Shown in pieces: positions 57,890-64,000 of a stretch of 64,000 bases of DNA; positions within the stretch are counted from its first letter, which is position 1, and every line of letters begins with the position of its first letter. Both the position numbers and the translations under genes were made by a program. The DNA comes from Schmidtea polychroa (taxonomy: Eukaryota): the NCBI GenBank assembly GCA_044892525.1, contig CM097885.1, positions 8,868,001-8,932,000 on the forward strand, in the 5' to 3' direction. A model generated the notes under the pieces. It was not told where the DNA came from. It did not search any database and saw only the letters and a list, made by a program, of their open reading frames with translations.

Positions 57890-58516
57890 TCAACTTTGTT
57901 TATAAACCATGGCACCTTTTGGGTTGAAAATATCTGTTTTTACTCGTAAATCATCGGGACATTGTTGCGTGAAATCAAGAAATATATATCCATGAGGTAT
58001 TTTTGTAGCATCTTGAAATGCACTGATAAGAAAATTACGATTGTTAGGGTATGCTTGATGTGCAAGAAAATCAATCACTGTTGCATCTCTAGGATTCTTG
58101 AAAATAACTAAATATTGTACATTTAAATTACGTGTTCGATGTGCCCCACCTTGATGAAATAGATTTTGTGTTATGAAAATAACTGTTACACCGACATGTC
58201 TGCTGATCTTTGTAAATAAATTATTAAAATCTTTTTCTTTATTAGCTTCTTGATACAGATCATCAATAATAATGACATCACCTTTCTTTAATCGGCTGGA
58301 CCAGTTTTTATCGAATCCCTTTACTATTTTCATGTTTTTTATTTCACAGAAACTTGATTGAGTTAATCCATGTTCTTCATCAGCACCCCTATGCCAATAA
58401 ATCCTGTTGAATTTTGATTTGAATAAATTTGATTTTAGTAATTTACAAACAAATAATGTTTTTCCACTACCACTCGGACCAACGATTTGGTATACTGCAT
58501 CATTTCTTAATTCCAT
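57890..58516 (-). CDS. FtsK/A32-like genome-packaging ATPase
   Basis: Walker A GPSGSGKT, Walker B IIIDDL, SRH.GVTVIFITQNLF, RTRNLN.QY...FKNPRD, PHGY...D. Confidence 0.95.
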   Translation of the reverse strand: MELRNDAVYQIVGPSGSGKTLFVCKLLKSNLFKSKFNRIYWHRGADEEHGLTQSSFCEIKNMKIVKGFDKNWSSRLKKGDVIIIDDLYQEANKEKDFNNLFTKISRHVGVTVIFITQNLFHQGGAHRTRNLNVQYLVIFKNPRDATVIDFLAHQAYPNNRNFLISAFQDATKIPHGYIFLDFTQQCPDDLRVKTDIFNPKGAMVYKQS

Positions 58517-58615
58517 TTCAAAAATTTTATAAATGTGTATTTGTTTATATTCAATGATTTAATGAACTCGTGCTCAATTTGTATATAAAGAATAATTTTC
58601 ATAAATGATTTAATA

Positions 58616-59053
58616 ATGTTAGCAAATATAAATTATCGAGGAAATTTTGATGTATCGAATATGAGGTTCCCACCAGGGAAACCCCAGCAAATTATCGATA
58701 GAAGCGGGAAATATCCGATAATATTTTTCAAGACTGGTAAATGTAGAATCATGGGATGTAAGAAACCTTTGGATATTAATAAATTACAATATCGAATAAA
58801 TAATATTATAATCCAATCAATTACCGTTACTATGGATATGGGACATAGTATCAATTTATATAACATGTCGAAAAAATGTGATTGTATGTTTGAACCGGAA
58901 TTGTTTCCGGCACTAAGACTATTAAAATATAACCCTATATGTGTCAACGTGTTTGCTAGTGGAAAGGTTGTCATGCTGGGGTTGAGAAATTTGGAGTATA
59001 GAGAATTTGTTGACAATGTTCGAAATGAGATAATTTCATTGGTCGATTTCTAA
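58616..59053 (+). CDS. TATA-binding-protein (TBP)-like protein
   Basis: Two TBP-type repeats: IIFFKTGKCRIMGCK, IIIQSITVTMDMGHSINL, FEPELFPAL, VNVFASGKVVMLG. Divergent from the ATPase gene, with TATATAAAG at 58582. Confidence 0.9.
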   Translation: MLANINYRGNFDVSNMRFPPGKPQQIIDRSGKYPIIFFKTGKCRIMGCKKPLDINKLQYRINNIIIQSITVTMDMGHSINLYNMSKKCDCMFEPELFPALRLLKYNPICVNVFASGKVVMLGLRNLEYREFVDNVRNEIISLVDF

Positions 59054-59127
59054 TTGGTTAATTTCTAATTGGTTATTGATTGATTTAAACAAACGGTTTT
59101 TTGTTTAGGATTCATTTATTCAACACT

Positions 59128-59542
59128 ATGTACAAATTACCAAGCGCAGCAAACCTCATGAAAGATATCGACGATTATGGTAAATTTAAAATTTTTATTT
59201 TGACATTTTTTTTTTATTATTTTAGAAAAATATTTAGAAGTTATGCTCAATAGGATAAAATATTATTATCCTCAAATTGCGGAAATAATCAAGGACAGAG
59301 ATCCAGAAATCGTTCCAGATTTGATTTTTTATTCAACCCAAATTAGAATCATGGAGGTATTCCATCAATTCTTATGGGATATTAAGATCAACAGAACCAT
59401 GAAGCAAATGGAGCCAGAGTACCAGTGCATCATCGGATGTTCATGTTGTGCCGATCGATATCGGCGATATGTCGAATGGGAGTTCGTGAAAACTCTGAGA
59501 AGGTTTCACTACTCCCGGATTGTTGATTTAGGATATGAATAA
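59128..59542 (+). CDS. Two-exon hypothetical protein with a C-x3-C-x-CC motif
   Basis: Exon 1 59128-59179, 46-nt GT-AG intron 59180-59225, exon 2 in frame with ORF 59243-59542; AATAAA at the stop. Confidence 0.7.
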
Positions 59543-59782
59543 ATGTATTTAATGTTTCAATTGTGTTTTTTTTTTTTTATATTTAAAATAGTAATAATTA
59601 TAATAATAATAATAGAAATAGTAATAATAATAATAGAAATAGTAATAATAATAATAATAATAATAGAAATAATAGTAATAGTAATAATATAAATAGTAAT
59701 AATAATAATAATAAAACATTAATAGAACATAAATGCAACATCAATGCATTTTGAATGCAATTTAAACAAAGACATGCTATAA

Positions 59783-59820
59783 TCTGATTGGTTGATAGGC
59801 ATGAGTCAAAGGTATAAAAA
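59783..59820 (+). promoter_or_regulatory. Compact Pol II promoter: inverted CCAAT, AP-1 site, TATA box
   Basis: CTGATTGGTT...ATGAGTCA...TATAAAA, with the TATA box ~40 nt upstream of the ATG at 59854. Confidence 0.65.
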
Positions 59821-59853
59821 CCCTGTAACATTTAAATTTATTCATTATTCACG

Positions 59854-60264
59854 ATGACCAAGAAAATTTCAAGCACCGAAAAACCTAAAGAAATGGTACA
59901 ACCAGTTCAAATGTTCCACAACTACAAAATGTATTTTTTGAAAGAAGAAATCAATATGAAATTGGTTGCACCAGTCAAGCTAATTCCAACTAAATTTCAA
60001 TTCTTATCCGGCACGCTTTCAATGATTGATGTCAAAACTATTGATGATGTTTTTAAACGGATAGATTCGAATCTATCGTGTAATCAACATGCATGGTTCA
60101 ACAATAGATATGTAAGATTTTATGATGCTTTCGATGAAATCAGTTTCAAAGAAAATGAAAATTGGTATATAACAATTGCAATCCAGGGATATAAAGTTGA
60201 TAATAATGATGTATATTCTCCTATTTGGAAAATTATGTCTGCTAGACTTTCACAAATATTTTAA
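59854..60264 (+). CDS. Hypothetical protein conserved among these elements, possibly an OB-fold ssDNA-binding protein
   Basis: Clean ORF with promoter and AATAAA; homologous remnant at 53040-53260. Aromatic, beta-rich C-terminus. The fold is speculative. Confidence 0.7.
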   Translation: MTKKISSTEKPKEMVQPVQMFHNYKMYFLKEEINMKLVAPVKLIPTKFQFLSGTLSMIDVKTIDDVFKRIDSNLSCNQHAWFNNRYVRFYDAFDEISFKENENWYITIAIQGYKVDNNDVYSPIWKIMSARLSQIF

Positions 60265-60391
60265 TGTTATATTTAATAAATGTATTAGTCAGATTTGTTT
60301 TTTCTCTTTATTAATTGCAACATAAATGCAAATGACATGCAAATTTAACAAAGAAAATCTATAAACAAACTTATAATATAGTTTTAAAGTG

Positions 60392-60768
60392 ATGAAAATG
60401 ACTGCAGAAAAAGGTTAACATGATTAATTAATTACCGAATTATTTATTATTTAGAATTTGTAATCAACTTTTTGTTGGAAAAGTTAGCAGAAATAGCTGG
60501 TGTGAAAATTGAGGACATATTATCTGTTACAAATGCATTAAATATCGGCTGGGTAGTTGAGAGTCAAGATACAGGATTTGATGATCAGGAAGAAGAAACT
60601 CAAGAAACTGATACTCAAGAAATTGATGAGGAAATATATGAACCTATAGATGAACCTATAGAGGAACCTAAAGATGAACCTAAAGATAATATTACGAATG
60701 ATTGTATTGATCATGTCGTTGAAAATATAATGAAATGCGGAGATGACGACTGCGAATGTGTTAATTAA
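60392..60768 (+). CDS. Two-exon acidic hypothetical protein
   Basis: Exon 1 60392-60413, 41-nt GT-AG intron 60414-60454, exon 2 in frame with ORF 60472-60768. D/E-rich with EPxD repeats. Confidence 0.65.
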
Positions 60769-60845
60769 TAAATCTTAGTTAGTTAGTGTTTGTAAATTTA
60801 TTCAAAATTTTATTTAAAAACGAAACAAAATAACTATATTAATTT

Positions 60846-61360
60846 TTATTTAAAAAATCGCGATAAAGCATACAAAATAGCAACACCTGTTGCAAGTTTT
60901 ACATAGTTTTTAAATTTTCTTTTCTGATGATCTATTTCCTTCGCATTTCTGGCGAGTTGATTCAGTACGCCCCATCTGCCATTGGCTTCAATCCATGGTT
61001 GAAACTTTGACTTGATTATCTAGAAAATATATATTAATAAAATATAGATTATAAAAGTATTACTTCTTGAGACCACTGATAATAATGTTCAGAGTCCCAT
61101 AAACTTCTTTCGATTATGATCTTCATATAAGCAAACCCTACTAGTATTCGGGTCCACTTCATCTCATCATCGCATAGACAGTTAAAAATCCTATGAAAAT
61201 AGAATTTTTTCGTTTCGAGGCAATCGCTATTGAGCATATCTTCATAATCAATATGATTTCCTTCTATAATCTTTTCGGTCCGATCGACCAGGAAACTGAG
61301 GCTTTCCATAATCTTCTTGTTGATAAGTTCGCTTAAAAGATTTTCCATAAAATGAGACAT
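60846..61360 (-). CDS. Bcl-2 family protein (156 aa, two exons)
   Basis: Exon 1 61360-61064, 44-nt intron 61063-61020, exon 2 61019-60846. BH1-like FHRIFNCLCDDEMKWTRILVGFAY, BH2-like FQPWIEANGRW, tail anchor YVKLATGVAILYALSRFFK*. Confidence 0.85.
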
Positions 61361-61487
61361 TTCTACAATAATTTAAAATATGATGTTTTATTTATACTAA
61401 TACCGTATGATTTTGATTGGTTGATAGACTATAAATGTAAAAGAAAGGTTTTGATTTGATACACCATGAAATCTATATTCATATTGC

Positions 61488-61572
<85 letters not shown>

Positions 61573-61604
61573 CTTTATAATAATAATCCAATGTGAATTT
61601 GTTT

Positions 61605-62113
<509 letters not shown>

Positions 62114-63568
62114 CATTTAAGTCTTACCTGATTGGGTGAATGATAAATCACCCGCAAATTTCTTCATAAAATTAAAGTCTTACCTGATTGGGTGAATGAT
62201 AAATCACCCGCAAATTTCTTCATAAAATTTGCTATAAATTTGCTATAAATTAGTGTCTGACTAAAAAATTAATAACTTTTATACTACTAATGATAAAAAT
62301 TATTTATATGGCTCAAAAGATTTGTCTTCGTCTGGTCTTCAAAATGAACTATAAATTGTTAAAATATTTTGAGATTTAGACTAAGTTTTGGGCTGACGAA
62401 AAGTAGGACTCCGCGAGCACAGTTAATAATATTTTTGAAAAATAATAATAATTTTGTATGAGTCATCGGATGAGTCATTGTCTTTGTTCTAGACGAGTGA
62501 TGAGTCATCGGATGACTCATTGTCTTTGTTCTCAAGTTGACCTTGAATAAAAATTTTTTTTTAATTTTTTCCGCCCGGGGGGGGGGGGGGTACTGTGCTC
62601 CCGGAGTCCTGTTTTCTCGGTGCCCAAACCACCTACTAACAATAATTTTGTTATTTTCAAATTTCGATTTAAATAATTTTTGAAAAATATTTAATTATTT
62701 TTCAAGAATTTTGAAAAGAAAATTACAAATAAATAAGAAATACACTGAAAAATTACCAATAATCAAATATCAATTTTATCTACATCAAAAAACATTTTAA
62801 ATATTGAATTTTTAAAAGTAAGAAGAAATAATTATTATTTATAATTATGATGAAAAATTTGAAATATTTTATTAATTTCATAATGAAATATTTAATTGAT
62901 TTATTTTCATAATTATTGGTTAGAAACTTATTTGAATAAGACAAAATATTTGCTTTTTTAACATTTTCACAGATATTAATATTTTATTGATTTATTTATT
63001 TTACTACAAATTTTCATTATCCCGATTGACTTATTTTAATTATTTCTTAAAATTCTTGATACAAGATTTAGATTAAATCTTCTGAGTGAATTATATTCTA
63101 ATATTTGGATCAGTGAAATATCCTTATCCAATTATGGATCATTCCCAATATTTATAACCATAACGAGATCATTAGATCAAATGCCAAAACCCCACAATTT
63201 CTGAATACATTAGCGTTACCCAATAAAATTTCATTCAAATATTAAACAATTATTCTTTAAAAAATGAATGAAATTTTTTTGTTTATTTTGTTAAAAAGTA
63301 TTTGAAATAACAATATTGATTTAATTTGAATTTCCGTTTAAAAATGTTATTTAAATTTCCATCAAAATTTTACTTTTTGTTATCAAATTTTAATTTAAAA
63401 TATTTTGTAAGATTTAAAATAAATAAAAAAAATAAATAGTAACATTAATTTCGAATTTCGCTCAAAGCTAAAATACAATATTTATATATTGTTTGTTTAT
63501 CTACATTAAAATACAAATTATAAATATTGAAATTGTAAAAGTCAGAAGTAATAATTAATATAATAAGT

Positions 63569-63984
63569 ATGATTGATGAATTGAGAATAGAGATGGAGAC
63601 AAATATTGGATCAACCAATCAAGTTTGATTATTTATTTGATTTATTATTGATTTGTTATTGATGCGAAGCAGATCAGACAGCAAGTTGATGAGATGAAAA
63701 AGAAATGCGAGCAGCGTCTGCAACAGGAGAATGAATCTCCAAAGGAAATAATTAATATAATAAGTATGATTTATGAAAGTTGTAAAATGTTGAAAATTTT
63801 GTTAATTTTAGATAGCTCTGATGGCTCTGATGTCTCTGATGGCCCTGATGGCTCTGATATAAAATGTATAAATGACGGACATTTTGAATGGGAAATCGAT
63901 GAATTTTCAAAACAAGAGAGAGAGATAAAACAATTTACAGCGAGGAATTTTATTCCGGGCCAAATGGTTACAAAATGTGCTTGA
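63569..63984 (+). CDS. Possible spliced gene fragment of unknown function
   Basis: GC-richer blocks separated by short GT...AG stretches; no recognisable domain. Confidence 0.25.
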
Positions 63985-64000
63985 GGTATTTATTACTGAT

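Overview
AT-rich animal genomic DNA with ~41-47 nt spliceosomal introns and (AAT)n microsatellites; planarian-like, but the host cannot be proven from sequence alone. The window is dominated by Polinton/Maverick (adintovirus-like) elements. Four have both AGTAG...CTACT termini and perfect 6-bp target-site duplications. A (5090-7775) is a mini element with a pPolB remnant. B (13334-22412) has 2.7-kb TIRs. C (28850-45520) is a 16.7-kb near-perfect palindrome with two 8-kb arms, carries an IAP-type RING gene twice, and sits in intron 2 of a host PDI-family gene. D (53371-62637) is an internally deleted virus-like genome. It encodes pPolB, the 5' integrase exon, adenovirus pX-like and basic core proteins, the packaging ATPase and an unusual accessory block: a TATA-binding-protein homolog, a spliced Bcl-2-family gene and further intron-containing ORFs. 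A neighbouring segment (48212-50492) carries the integrase 3' exon and capsid genes that D lacks. The elements share cis-architecture: covarying terminal/internal inverted motifs, AP-1/TCAAGGTCA/CCAAT clusters and an 18-copy module built on the palindrome GACAAAATATTTTGTC. Also present are a Tc1/IS630-like DD34E element with a nested hAT MITE, hAT remnants, a Merlin-like MITE and other MITEs. All calls come from reading the sequence by eye; no searches were run.
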